This document shows, one piece after another, positions 11,354 through 20,481 of a stretch of 64,000 nucleotides of DNA; position 1 is the first letter of the stretch; every line of letters begins with the position of its first letter. The notes under the pieces are model-generated. The model was not told where the DNA came from. It did not search any database and saw only the letters and a list, made by a program, of their open reading frames with translations. This stretch comes from an uncultured Chthonomonadaceae bacterium (GTDB lineage Bacteria > Armatimonadota > Chthonomonadetes > Chthonomonadales > Chthonomonadaceae), in contig CAWIEK010000050.1 in the NCBI GenBank assembly GCA_963835065.1, forward strand, positions 32,001 to 96,000, in the 5' to 3' direction. The position numbers and the translations under genes were made by a program.

Positions 11354-11914
11354 TCAGCAGCAACCCGACCCGCAGCATCCCGCGCCCGCGCTTCCTTGCG
11401 CCATCGGCAGCGTTGGCAGGCACACGTCTTTTGCCAGGCAGTCCGTATGCTTATAGCCGAGCGTGAGCGTTACCGCCTCCGCTGTGACCATGTAACCCGT
11501 AACCGGGTACTGCGAAATGGTCACATCTTCATATTCGATTTCAATGTCCAGGTCCCGGCCTTCCGGCAGAACTTTTGTCGCGATGTTCAGCACGTCGGCC
11601 ATTTTGCCCGCAAGCAGGCGGTGTTCGGTATCCGTCCATACCCAAGCCTGCAACTGGCAGGTATGCGTCGTATGGAGCCTGCCGCCGCAGTCAATGAACG
11701 TCTTCTGAATATAAGCGACTTCGGTAATGTGGAAGCAAACGGGAACTGCGTTCTTATTCGGAAGGACAAGGTGGAACGGCTTTTCGCGGTGCGCTTCGAG
11801 CAGACCCTTGAACGCGCTGAATTTCATAGTGCCGGTTTCTTCGTTCGCGTCATTTTCTTTCCTGTCGTTTGTCGGTGTGTTGCTTCTTGGTATGAGGGTG
11901 ATGGTTTCTGCCAT
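11354..11914 (-). CDS. DUF6428-like Cys-rich protein (in frame with the ArsM C-terminus)
   Basis: FHITEV...FIDCGG, LQAWV, TDCLAKDVC and a terminal CCGSGCC. Candidate own ATG at 11914. Confidence 0.65.
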   Translation of the reverse strand: MAETITLIPRSNTPTNDRKENDANEETGTMKFSAFKGLLEAHREKPFHLVLPNKNAVPVCFHITEVAYIQKTFIDCGGRLHTTHTCQLQAWVWTDTEHRLLAGKMADVLNIATKVLPEGRDLDIEIEYEDVTISQYPVTGYMVTAEAVTLTLGYKHTDCLAKDVCLPTLPMAQGSAGAGCCGSGCC

Positions 11915-12845
11915 CGTTGTTCTCGCTTCTTTGTCAACTCCGAGAGTCGCTTCCGATTGGCAGCAGTCGGTTCCACAGCAGGGCGCGGGCTTTGTGGCGC
12001 GGATGAACGCGCCCATAACGCGCCCATCGAGCGCGGCCTTTTCTTCGGCAGGCAACGCCGCCACTTCGGGCGAGCAGCATGTTGTCGCTTCCAGATCGCC
12101 AAAGGTATAGCGGCGGGTCGGCTCAATCGAAGCCTCCGTAAAGCCGACGCGAGCAAGGCGGGCTAGGTAGTCACTCTTTTCAAGCGCGCCAGCGACACAG
12201 CCGACATACGCTTCCATGTCGGCGCGTACGGCAGGAGGGAAGTTCACCGTCTACAACCACATCCGAAACCGCGAACCTGCCGCCGGGTTTCAGGACGCGG
12301 AAGGCTTCGCGGATCACGGCGTCTTTGTCGGCGGAAAGGTTAATCACGCAGTTGGAAATGATAACATCCACGGAGTTATCGGGCAGGGGAATCTCCTCGA
12401 TATGCCCTTTCAAAAACCGGACATTTTCCGCGCCCGCTTTCGCCTTGTTCTTTTCGGCAAGCGCCAACATCTCGTCGGTCATGTCCAGCCCATAAGCAAA
12501 GCCTGTCGGCCCGACCCGCTTTGCCGACAGCAGCACATCAATACCGCCCCCGGAACCCAAATCAAGAACGATTTCACCGGGCTTGAGCGCCGCCAGAGCC
12601 GTCGGATTGCCGCAACCGAGCGAGGCCAGCAGGGCGGCTTCCGGGATACTTGCCGCTTCAACATCATCGTAAAGACCGCCCGTAATCGTGTCGCCATCGC
12701 AGCAGGAATCGCTTCCGCCGCCCGTGTTCCCGCCACAACACGCCGCGCCCTGACCGTTGAGAACGGTCAGCGCCGCCGCGCCGTACTTTTCGCGCACAAG
12801 GTTCCGCACATCGTTTCTATCCGTGAGCTTGATTGTTTCCGCCAT
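11915..12845 (-). CDS. arsM: Arsenite S-adenosylmethionine methyltransferase, frameshifted near 12240
   Basis: [28 protein letters not shown]; continues as YVGCVAGAL...FIRATKP. Confidence 0.9.
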
Positions 12846-12865
12846 TGTCGTTCTTTCCTTGTTGT

Positions 12866-13234
12866 TCAGCAGCAGGAGCCGCTTTCGTTCTTGTCTACAA
12901 CGTCGCCACTCAGGTAGGCTGCCAGCGCGGCTACGGCTTCCCGGTTCACGCCGCAGATCATGTTTTTGCCCCGGCGCTCAACCGTAATCAGTCCGGCAAG
13001 GCGCAGTTCTTTCAGATGGTGAGAAATTTTGGAGTTGATCTGCTCCGCGCCCGTGACGTGGCAGCAGACTTCACCCACAGTCGGCCCCACAACCGGGCGC
13101 ACATCGCCGCTTTCCTCAACCGCTACGGGGCAGCAGCACGAGCGCAGAAACGCGAAAATGTGTAAGCGCGTCGGGTCTCCCAACGCTTTGAACATGGCGG
13201 CGGCGTCCAGTCCGTTATCCTCAAGCCTTGTCAT
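12866..13234 (-). CDS. arsR: ArsR/SmtB-family repressor, Cys-rich
   Basis: [10 protein letters not shown]...[14 protein letters not shown], with CCC, CC and a C-terminal CC. Confidence 0.9.
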   Translation of the reverse strand: MTRLEDNGLDAAAMFKALGDPTRLHIFAFLRSCCCPVAVEESGDVRPVVGPTVGEVCCHVTGAEQINSKISHHLKELRLAGLITVERRGKNMICGVNREAVAALAAYLSGDVVDKNESGSCC

Positions 13235-13242
13235 TGTTTTCT

Positions 13243-13294
13243 CATTTCGTGAAATGTTGTAATGAAGATACCCTGACGGCTTTGCGCCTGTCAA
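13243..13294 (-). promoter_or_regulatory. ars promoter and putative ArsR operator
   Basis: Minus-strand TTGACA (13294-13289), 18 nt spacer, TATCTT (13270-13265). Perfect 6-2-6 palindrome CATTTC-GT-GAAATG at 13243-13256. Confidence 0.6.
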
Positions 13295-13441
13295 GGCCGT
13301 TTCAAACTATTTCAAACTTAACACATTCTAAGCCCGGTTTTCTTCCTTCCCCGGTATACTATCCTTACACAACGTTTGCGGTACGCGCCCTTGTGTACGC
13401 GCTCCATTTTCTTCTGAATTTCTTCTGAAAGGGACAATTCC

Positions 13442-13897
13442 ATGAACCTCAACCGCGCTTTGAAGAGGGCTGTTGGCAGCCTCGCTCTCACCGCCCTGTT
13501 TTGCGCCGGAACCATGTCGGTACACGCGGGTCAGACGCCCAAAACGAAAATGTCGTCTTCGCAGGCCGAAGCCGCCGCGCTCAAGAAGTACAAGAGCGGC
13601 AAAATTCAGGGCAAGACCGAACTGGAAAACGAAGACGGCAAGTGGCAATACGCCGTGATGGTGAAAGTCGGCGCCAAGATGCATGAAGTGATGGTCAACG
13701 CCAACACGGGCAAGATCGAATCGGAAGAAACCGTCACGGCTAAAGAAGAAGCGGCGGAAAAGAAGGCCGAAACCGCCAAAAAGAGCGGCAAGATGGGCAA
13801 AACCGGCAAGGCCGCGAAAGCCGCCAAGCCGGAAGCCGGGGAAAAGGGCGAAAAAGGCGAAGCCGGTGAAAAAGGGGAAAAGGGCGAGAAAGAGTAA
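13442..13897 (+). CDS. Secreted PepSY-domain protein with Lys/Glu-rich GEK-repeat tail
   Basis: Signal peptide; ELENEDGKWQYAV...EVMVNANTGKI. Confidence 0.8.
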   Translation: MNLNRALKRAVGSLALTALFCAGTMSVHAGQTPKTKMSSSQAEAAALKKYKSGKIQGKTELENEDGKWQYAVMVKVGAKMHEVMVNANTGKIESEETVTAKEEAAEKKAETAKKSGKMGKTGKAAKAAKPEAGEKGEKGEAGEKGEKGEKE

Positions 13898-13906
13898 CTC
13901 GCGCGA

Positions 13907-13961
13907 ACAAAGGGGCTGTTCCTAATGGCGCTAACATCGCTGACGTGGAACAGCCCTTTGT
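13907..13961 (+). terminator. Intergenic stem-loop
   Basis: ACAAAGGGGCTGTTCC ... GGAACAGCCCTTTGT inverted repeat. Confidence 0.45.
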
Positions 13962-13977
13962 ACGCTGATACAGGCTT

Positions 13978-15249
13978 ATGAACTTATTGGAAGGGTTGCG
14001 GGTGGCTCTGCGGGGGCTTGCCAGCAACAAAATGCGAACCGCCCTCACGATGCTGGGCATGATTATCGGGGTTGGCGTGGTGATTGTCGTTGTGGCTATC
14101 GGCGAGGGCGCGACGCAGCGCGTGACGGAAACGGTCAACTCGCTGGGAACCAACCTGCTTTCCGTTTCCACCAACCGCAACCGCCTGCGCGTCGGCACGG
14201 TGACATCCCGCGCCGCCACGACCACCAACGGCGCGACAGCCAACAGCGTCGCGCCCAACCGCCTGACGCTTGCGGATGCCGACGCGATTGCGAAAAACTT
14301 TCCGCAGTCCGTAGAGCGGGTCGCGCCGCAGATTGATTCGGGCGTTCAGGTTCGATTGGACAGCGTAGACGCGAATACGGACGTGATCGGAACCACCGGC
14401 GACTACCTTTACGTGAAGAATACGGATGTGGCGAGGGGGCGATTTTTCACGCCTGAAGAACAGGAAGGCAGTTTCAAGGTGTGCGTTGCCGGGACAACCA
14501 TCGCGGAACATCTGACCGGGGACGCAAGCACAGACTTGACGGGCAAAATCCTCGCCATCAACCGGCAAAAGTTTCGCGTTGTCGGGATGCTGGCTCCCAA
14601 AGGCGCGACCTCGTGGGGGCAGGATCAGGACGACGTGATACTGGTTCCCGTAACAACGGCCATGCGGCGCGTCCTCAATCGCAACTATCTCAACGACCTG
14701 CTCATACGCTGCACCACGCAGGATATGATGCCGCTGGCGCAGGAGCAAATTTCCAATTATCTGCGCATTCGCCATCGCCTTACGCCGCCGTTCCCCGACA
14801 ACGATGATTTCCGTATCCGCAGCCAGACCGAACTGATGGAGTCGCAGCAAAGCATTACGGGAACCATGACTTCGCTGCTGTCGGCGGTTGCCGTTATTTC
14901 ACTCGTCGTGGGCGGCATCGGCATTATGAACATCATGCTGGTATCGGTGACGGAGCGGACGCGGGAAATCGGCATCCGCAAGGCCATCGGAGCCACGCCC
15001 CGCGATATTCTGATGCAGTTTCTCATTGAGTCGGCGATTATTTCGCTGCTCGGCGGGCTGATCGGAATTGGCCTGGGCATAGGCATTTCGCAAATCCTGG
15101 CGTATGTGGCGGGTTGGAGCGCGATTGTCAACATGACGGCGGTGCTGGCCGCATTAGGCGTTTCCATCAGCATCGGGCTGTTCTTCGGCATTTATCCCGC
15201 CAATAAAGCCTCGCGCCTGCATCCCATCGAAGCCCTCCGCTTTGAGTAA
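13978..15249 (+). CDS. MacB/FtsX-family ABC transporter permease
   Basis: RTALTMLGMIIGV, GGIGIMNIMLVSVTERTREIGIRKAIGA, PIEALRFE. Confidence 0.95.
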   Translation: MNLLEGLRVALRGLASNKMRTALTMLGMIIGVGVVIVVVAIGEGATQRVTETVNSLGTNLLSVSTNRNRLRVGTVTSRAATTTNGATANSVAPNRLTLADADAIAKNFPQSVERVAPQIDSGVQVRLDSVDANTDVIGTTGDYLYVKNTDVARGRFFTPEEQEGSFKVCVAGTTIAEHLTGDASTDLTGKILAINRQKFRVVGMLAPKGATSWGQDQDDVILVPVTTAMRRVLNRNYLNDLLIRCTTQDMMPLAQEQISNYLRIRHRLTPPFPDNDDFRIRSQTELMESQQSITGTMTSLLSAVAVISLVVGGIGIMNIMLVSVTERTREIGIRKAIGATPRDILMQFLIESAIISLLGGLIGIGLGIGISQILAYVAGWSAIVNMTAVLAALGVSISIGLFFGIYPANKASRLHPIEALRFE

Positions 15250-15251
15250 CT

Positions 15252-15971
15252 TTACGGCTTCTGAAGGCGGTTCTGCATGGTTTTGAGGTCTTTGTAGGCT
15301 TCCTGAAACGCATCGGCGTTGGTCTGGTCTATGGCTTCGGGCGCGAGTTCCTCAATCAAGGCCAGACGGTTTTCAATGCGCGGCAGGTCGGTGGCTGTCA
15401 GATTCTTGGGGTCGGCAAACCCTTCTTCGTTGAGGTCTTCGATCAAGTCCTTGCGCTGATTGGCGGGAAGATTCGGGTCGTTGATGGCCGCAATCCAAAC
15501 CGCTTCCGCTTCAGGGTTCGCGCCGACTTCCCGCAATGCGTTACGCGCTTCCTCCGGCGAAATCGTCCGGGCGGGCGCACTGGCATCGGCAGTCGGTGGA
15601 GCCGGGGCAGCATGCATTGCGGCTGTTTCCGGCGTGTTCGGAAAATGGGGAGCCGTATTTGCCGCTGTTTGCTTGTGCCTGCGCGGTATCGCTGACACGG
15701 TATTCGTTTTGCCTGATTTCGTCTGCGGTGTTCCTGCGCCTGTCTGCGATTCCGGTTTACGCGAAGCCGATTTTGAGGCCGTTTGAACGCCGTCTTTAAC
15801 AACAAGCGGGGCGGGCGGCGCAGTCTGCTGCCCTACCGTGTCGTATTCGGATTTCGCGTCTCTGTCAGGGGCGGGTATTGCCGTGTTCCGTGACGTGAGC
15901 GCCCAACAGCAGACGAGGGAAAGGCAAGCGCCTGCCAATCCCGCCAAGACAATATCCTTCCTGTGGTTCAT
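15252..15971 (-). CDS. Hypothetical membrane-anchored protein
   Basis: N-terminal hydrophobic segment, Pro/Ala-rich linker and helical C-terminal domain. Confidence 0.6.
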   Translation of the reverse strand: MNHRKDIVLAGLAGACLSLVCCWALTSRNTAIPAPDRDAKSEYDTVGQQTAPPAPLVVKDGVQTASKSASRKPESQTGAGTPQTKSGKTNTVSAIPRRHKQTAANTAPHFPNTPETAAMHAAPAPPTADASAPARTISPEEARNALREVGANPEAEAVWIAAINDPNLPANQRKDLIEDLNEEGFADPKNLTATDLPRIENRLALIEELAPEAIDQTNADAFQEAYKDLKTMQNRLQKP

Positions 15972-16216
15972 CCCGCTTCTCCTGTTACTGCCCTGCCTGT
16001 CGCTTGCTTTCTCTCTGGATTTCGTATCTCTGATACCGAATTTAGAATAGCACAAAATTTTGGATACTCACTCTGAGACATTTCTAAGCCCTCAGCAACA
16101 TATTCCACGTATAGTTGTTGACGAGGCACGGCAATCATCCCTGCTCAGGCAACCCTGCTCTCGAAACCGCGTAAATAAGTGTAAAATTTTGGTTTTTATT
16201 TGAAGGGGAATGCTAA

Positions 16217-17365
16217 ATGGGGCAGTTTCTGAAGGCGGCGGAGATTGGGGCGCAGGGGGCTATGACGCTGCCGGGGCGTTTCTACACGTCGCCGGAACTC
16301 TTTCAACAGGAGCAGGAAAGCATCTTTTTCCGGCAGTGGATTTGTGTGGGGCGGGAAGAGCGCATCCCACAGCCGGGCGACTACTTCGTTCGCACAATCG
16401 GGACGGAAAGCGTGATTATCGTTCGGGGGCGTGACGGAACTGTTCGCGCCTTCCACAACGTTTGCCGGCATCGGGGCGCGCAATTGTGCGAGGCTGGCGA
16501 AGGCCATTTCAAGAACGCCATTCGCTGCCCGTACCATGCGTGGGCGTACGGATTGGATGGCCGACTCCTTGCCGCGCCCTCAATGGAGGAAGTGATGGGC
16601 TTTGCGGCGGATGATTACCCGCTGCATCCCGTGTCCCTTGCCCGTTGGGAAGGGTTTCTCTTCATTTCGCTTGCCGCCGAACCGGAGCCGTTTGCCGTTG
16701 CGTATGCGCCCCTGCTGGACAAGTTTCGCCCGTACAACCTGCCCCTGTTGCGGATGGCGCGGCGAATTGATTACGATGTACGCGCCAACTGGAAATTGAT
16801 GTTTGAAAACTATTCGGAGTGCTTTCACTGCGCGCCCGTGCATCCCGCGCTGGTGAAACTCTCGCCTGCCGACAGCGGGGCCAACGATCTGGTGTCGGGC
16901 GCGTTTTTAGGCGGCTACATGGAAGTCAAGCCCGACAGTGGCAGCATGACCTTGAGCGGCAATTCTTGCAGCCTGCCCGTAGGCGACTTATGCGCCGAAG
17001 ACCATCATCGCGTCTACTACTATTCGCTGTTTCCAAACATGCTGCTCAGTCTGCATCCCGACTATGTGATGGTGCATACCCTCTGGCCGGAAGCGCCCGA
17101 CCGCACCCGTATTGAGTGCGAGTGGCTGTTCCACCCGGATGCCGCCACGCACCCCGGCTTCCATCCCGATGATGGCGTAGAATTCTGGGATCAGACGAAC
17201 CGCGAAGACTGGCACGTCTGCGAACTCAGTCAACTTGGCATCTCCTCCCGCGCCTACACGCCCGGCCCCTACTCCCCGCGCGAAAGCATTTCCGCCGCCT
17301 TCGACCGCGAGTACCTGCGCGTCCTCGGCTTGCCAACAAACCCTTGCAGCGGGACACAAGGCTAA
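16217..17365 (+). CDS. Rieske non-haem iron oxygenase alpha subunit (choline/glycine betaine oxygenase-like)
   Basis: NVCRHRG...CPYHAW, NWK...ENYSECFHC..VHP, EDWHVCE. Confidence 0.92.
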   Translation: MGQFLKAAEIGAQGAMTLPGRFYTSPELFQQEQESIFFRQWICVGREERIPQPGDYFVRTIGTESVIIVRGRDGTVRAFHNVCRHRGAQLCEAGEGHFKNAIRCPYHAWAYGLDGRLLAAPSMEEVMGFAADDYPLHPVSLARWEGFLFISLAAEPEPFAVAYAPLLDKFRPYNLPLLRMARRIDYDVRANWKLMFENYSECFHCAPVHPALVKLSPADSGANDLVSGAFLGGYMEVKPDSGSMTLSGNSCSLPVGDLCAEDHHRVYYYSLFPNMLLSLHPDYVMVHTLWPEAPDRTRIECEWLFHPDAATHPGFHPDDGVEFWDQTNREDWHVCELSQLGISSRAYTPGPYSPRESISAAFDREYLRVLGLPTNPCSGTQG

Positions 17366-17739
17366 GGAGGCGGGATGCGGCGCAGTGTGAACGTTGCTCC
17401 ATCCAAGACAGGCAACACCAATTCGTAACCGTACATCAGCGACATCCCCACCAGCGAATCGGCTTCCAGTTCGTCTATGCGGATAGTCATCGGCTGACCA
17501 TCCCATAAAACGACGCCCTTGTAGATATTGAACGTGGTTTCACTGCCGTCCGCGAGAATAGCTCGCCCAAACCTGTGCCAGCGTAAGCCGAGTATGGCAA
17601 TCACATCCGGCGGCAGCGTCAAAGTACCATTGTAGCCGGTATCTATAAGCGAGTTGTACGTATGTTCCTGACCATTCGCATCATGTAAGGTGAGGCTCAA
17701 AATAGCCTCGCGCCGTGCCGTAACAACCCCTGTCATCAT
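17362..17739 (-). CDS. Clan AA aspartic protease (AF_0612-like)
   Basis: IDTGYNGTL, LADG, LVGMSL. Confidence 0.85.
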   Translation of the reverse strand: MMTGVVTARREAILSLTLHDANGQEHTYNSLIDTGYNGTLTLPPDVIAILGLRWHRFGRAILADGSETTFNIYKGVVLWDGQPMTIRIDELEADSLVGMSLMYGYELVLPVLDGATFTLRRIPPP

Positions 17740-18011
17740 GCGCTTTGCTCGCTCCGTCCTGCGCCAAACCGACGCACATAGCGTGAGCCAACACGCAGCA
17801 CCATGATCTGCGCGTCAGGCAATCGCGCTTGCAGGCGGTCTGCGGCAATGTCTTCATCAGCATCTATTTCCCACGCGCCGGTATCCAAGTCAACGGCGAC
17901 AATCTCATCGTTGTGCGCCGGTTCCACCTGAGAGCGAATATCGCGGTCGTATATCTCCTCACCGCGCCGCCTAGCTTCCTCTTTACTGTAGCGTGGCTGA
18001 TGTACTATCAT
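17736..18011 (-). CDS. Small DUF5678-like protein paired with the aspartic protease
   Basis: RRGEEIY...IVAVDLDTG...RVG. Overlaps the protease start. Confidence 0.65.
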   Translation of the reverse strand: MIVHQPRYSKEEARRRGEEIYDRDIRSQVEPAHNDEIVAVDLDTGAWEIDADEDIAADRLQARLPDAQIMVLRVGSRYVRRFGAGRSEQSA

Positions 18012-18023
18012 AAATATTCTCCT

Positions 18024-19313
18024 CTATGCCAATTGAGGTTTGCCATATATCTCCATCCGACCGCGCAAAGGACTGTCGTGGTCGAACGAGATGATGACGG
18101 AAAGACTGTGTTTGTCCAATGAGTGATCTATGCTATACATATCCATAAGTTCCGGCCAGCGTTCGGCTAGAAATAGTCCCGCCGCAAACGTACCCTGACC
18201 ATCATGTCCTCCGCACACAAAGTACGGTTTGCCCTTACCGTCGAGCGTCCGCACAATGAGAGCTTGGTCGTACTTGACACCCCTGTCTGGTATCGGCTTA
18301 GCAAAAAAGTCAATGCCGTTGACTTGGAAATTAGCCATCTTGGTTTCTTCGTCAGGCCATACGTCAAAGAAGCCCTCCGGGCACAATCCACGTGCTTTGT
18401 AGGCGGCACCGTTATGTAATCCTATGGCGATGATCCGCTGATTATCGCGTATATGCTCGTAACCATCCCGCTCAACCTGCATATGGATGCCCAGGTTGGC
18501 GCACAATCCGGCGATAGCACTCGCCGCCCGCAAGTCCCAAAATACGGCAGCTTGGTCGGGCCGTTCCTTCTTATCGGGCGTTGATAAGGGAGTAGGATGA
18601 TCATCTGTGTCGTGTATCCGAATGGTAAACGCAGGTGCGTATGTATCTTGAAACACGGCCACAATAGATGGAGCATCATTAAGACCGAAGAACTGGAGGA
18701 ACTTACTACGCATAATCTCCTTACCGGAAACTTCCGGGCTAATCATAGTTACTTCTGCCTTGTAATTTTCGTTGACCTGAGTAATAGTGTCAATTGATGG
18801 ACTTGCGTATATAGTTCGTTCGTACTTTCGACTGTTCAAGACGTAGGAGTGGTTTTTATACGGGGTGAAAAGGCTCTGAAGATGTTCATCCAGTTGTCCG
18901 TAAACTTCTTCTGTAACAGTTACTCGGTTTTCAAGACCGATAACTTTTTCCGATTTTAAGAAGTCATTTACGGCCTTTCCGTACAGATTTTTTAGATCCG
19001 GGTCCCATATAGCCTCTCCTTTATGGCAGGAAACGCGAATATGCAACGGCACTTTCAAAGTATTAAGTGTCTTCAGGGCATTGAAAAGACGCATAGATGC
19101 TTGGATATGAAGCGCGCCCGTAACCATATAGTCAAGTACCTCGTCTTGATCTATCAGAAAGAGATAGGCTCCCCCATCACCATCGAAGTCCAGTTCTTGG
19201 GCACCGTGCGAAGCAAGAATTTCACCAACCTGTCGTTGGAAGTTCTGCCGAGTTACGCTTATGTGCCGGTCAGCTCCTGGCAATAAGCTATGGCCTGCAA
19301 TATCAACTTGCAA
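18024..19313 (-). CDS. Class III nucleotide cyclase-like N-terminal domain plus uncharacterised C-terminal domain
   Basis: VDIAGHS, DGDGG, IRVSCHKG, GKAVN. More AT-rich than its neighbours. Start uncertain. Confidence 0.6.
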   Translation of the reverse strand: MQVDIAGHSLLPGADRHISVTRQNFQRQVGEILASHGAQELDFDGDGGAYLFLIDQDEVLDYMVTGALHIQASMRLFNALKTLNTLKVPLHIRVSCHKGEAIWDPDLKNLYGKAVNDFLKSEKVIGLENRVTVTEEVYGQLDEHLQSLFTPYKNHSYVLNSRKYERTIYASPSIDTITQVNENYKAEVTMISPEVSGKEIMRSKFLQFFGLNDAPSIVAVFQDTYAPAFTIRIHDTDDHPTPLSTPDKKERPDQAAVFWDLRAASAIAGLCANLGIHMQVERDGYEHIRDNQRIIAIGLHNGAAYKARGLCPEGFFDVWPDEETKMANFQVNGIDFFAKPIPDRGVKYDQALIVRTLDGKGKPYFVCGGHDGQGTFAAGLFLAERWPELMDMYSIDHSLDKHSLSVIISFDHDSPLRGRMEIYGKPQLA

Positions 19314-19506
19314 GAAACCAAAAACACGTCTTGTTCCTTTGCTGGAGGGATTTTGCCCACGGCTGTAAAATCATCACTCGACCTTTGCCTTTCAAACTGG
19401 CCTCGCTTCATACTCCGATAAACATAAATGAGCAGTTCACATGCTACCCGACAGATGCAAGCCTAAATCTCTTCACAATGTTTGCAGCCTGTCAGTCTTA
19501 CAGTCT

Positions 19507-19842
19507 TTACGCGACAGCAAAATCGGTGTACTGGCGCAAGTCTGCCGGATGGAACGCGAGTACGATGTTTTGTCTCGGAATGCCTTCCCGCATCAGCATA
19601 TCTGCAAGTCGCAGGTTGGTTCCGTCGCGCTGAATCCAAACCTTGTCTTCCAACACGTCTACATGCAGGTACATATCATCCACGCGGCGCTTGCCTTCCC
19701 ATCCTACCTGCCCTAATTGATAATGCCCGGTCGTTTCATCGCAAATAAGTTCGGTTCGCAGATCAGCTTCCGACGGCATCATTTCTCCAACCTCCTCAAA
19801 AACACGTCGGACAATCCTTTTAAATTCGCAGATTCGATCCAT
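19507..19842 (-). CDS. XisI-family protein
   Basis: DETTGHYQL...GW, LHVDV..DKVWIQRDGT, GIPRQNIVLAFHP, YTDFAVA. Confidence 0.9.
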   Translation of the reverse strand: MDRICEFKRIVRRVFEEVGEMMPSEADLRTELICDETTGHYQLGQVGWEGKRRVDDMYLHVDVLEDKVWIQRDGTNLRLADMLMREGIPRQNIVLAFHPADLRQYTDFAVA

Positions 19843-19883
19843 TCCAATGCCTCTTTCTCCTGCGGGTCCTAATAGAGAAGATG

Positions 19884-20216
19884 TCACGATGCAGGTTGTG
19901 CGGCAATTTTGACAATCTGCCCCGGCGCAAGAGAAGGCAACACAGCCAATACCTGCGGCATTAGCGGAAGCAGAGTTTCGATGGTATTGTCTTGTGCCGT
20001 CAACACGATTAAGGCAAAGGAGCGCCCGCTCATATTCTGCTGATAGCGCATATTGCCATCAATGGTGAGAAACGCATCGAACTTGCCTGCTATCAGCGGC
20101 AACAGTTCGCCATTCTGAATACCGGCCCAGCCCATTTCCGGCACAGTCTTCACATCATGGCCGGACAGACCACCTTTGAGTTTGCGCGGCAGGCACTCGT
20201 CAAGCAACAGGTTCAT
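19884..20216 (-). CDS. DUF5615 PIN-like toxin (VapC45-like)
   Basis: LLLDECLP, GWAGIQNGELL, FLTIDGNMRYQQN. Confidence 0.85.
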   Translation of the reverse strand: MNLLLDECLPRKLKGGLSGHDVKTVPEMGWAGIQNGELLPLIAGKFDAFLTIDGNMRYQQNMSGRSFALIVLTAQDNTIETLLPLMPQVLAVLPSLAPGQIVKIAAQPAS

Positions 20217-20460
20217 ACACCGCCTCGTTGTCAGGTTCCTGCAACCGTTGCTGAACAGCGTCTAAAACTTGCTGCGCGTGTCCGCGCGTGACCGTTGGGA
20301 AATCATCCAGAAAATCGTCCAGAGGATGATTCGCTTTCAAGTAGTCAAACAACGTCTTGACGGGAACGCGCGTACCTGTAAAGACGGCAATACCGCCCAG
20401 GATATTCTCGTTGCAGGTAATTATGTTTTCTGTCATTATCATTTTACTCCCATTCACCAA
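20200..20460 (-). CDS. DUF433 antitoxin (VapB45-like)
   Basis: ILGGIAVFTGTRVPV..LFDYL...FLDDFPTV. Confidence 0.9.
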   Translation of the reverse strand: MVNGSKMIMTENIITCNENILGGIAVFTGTRVPVKTLFDYLKANHPLDDFLDDFPTVTRGHAQQVLDAVQQRLQEPDNEAVYEPVA

Positions 20461-20481
20461 ATACTCTCACTCTCACTCTCA

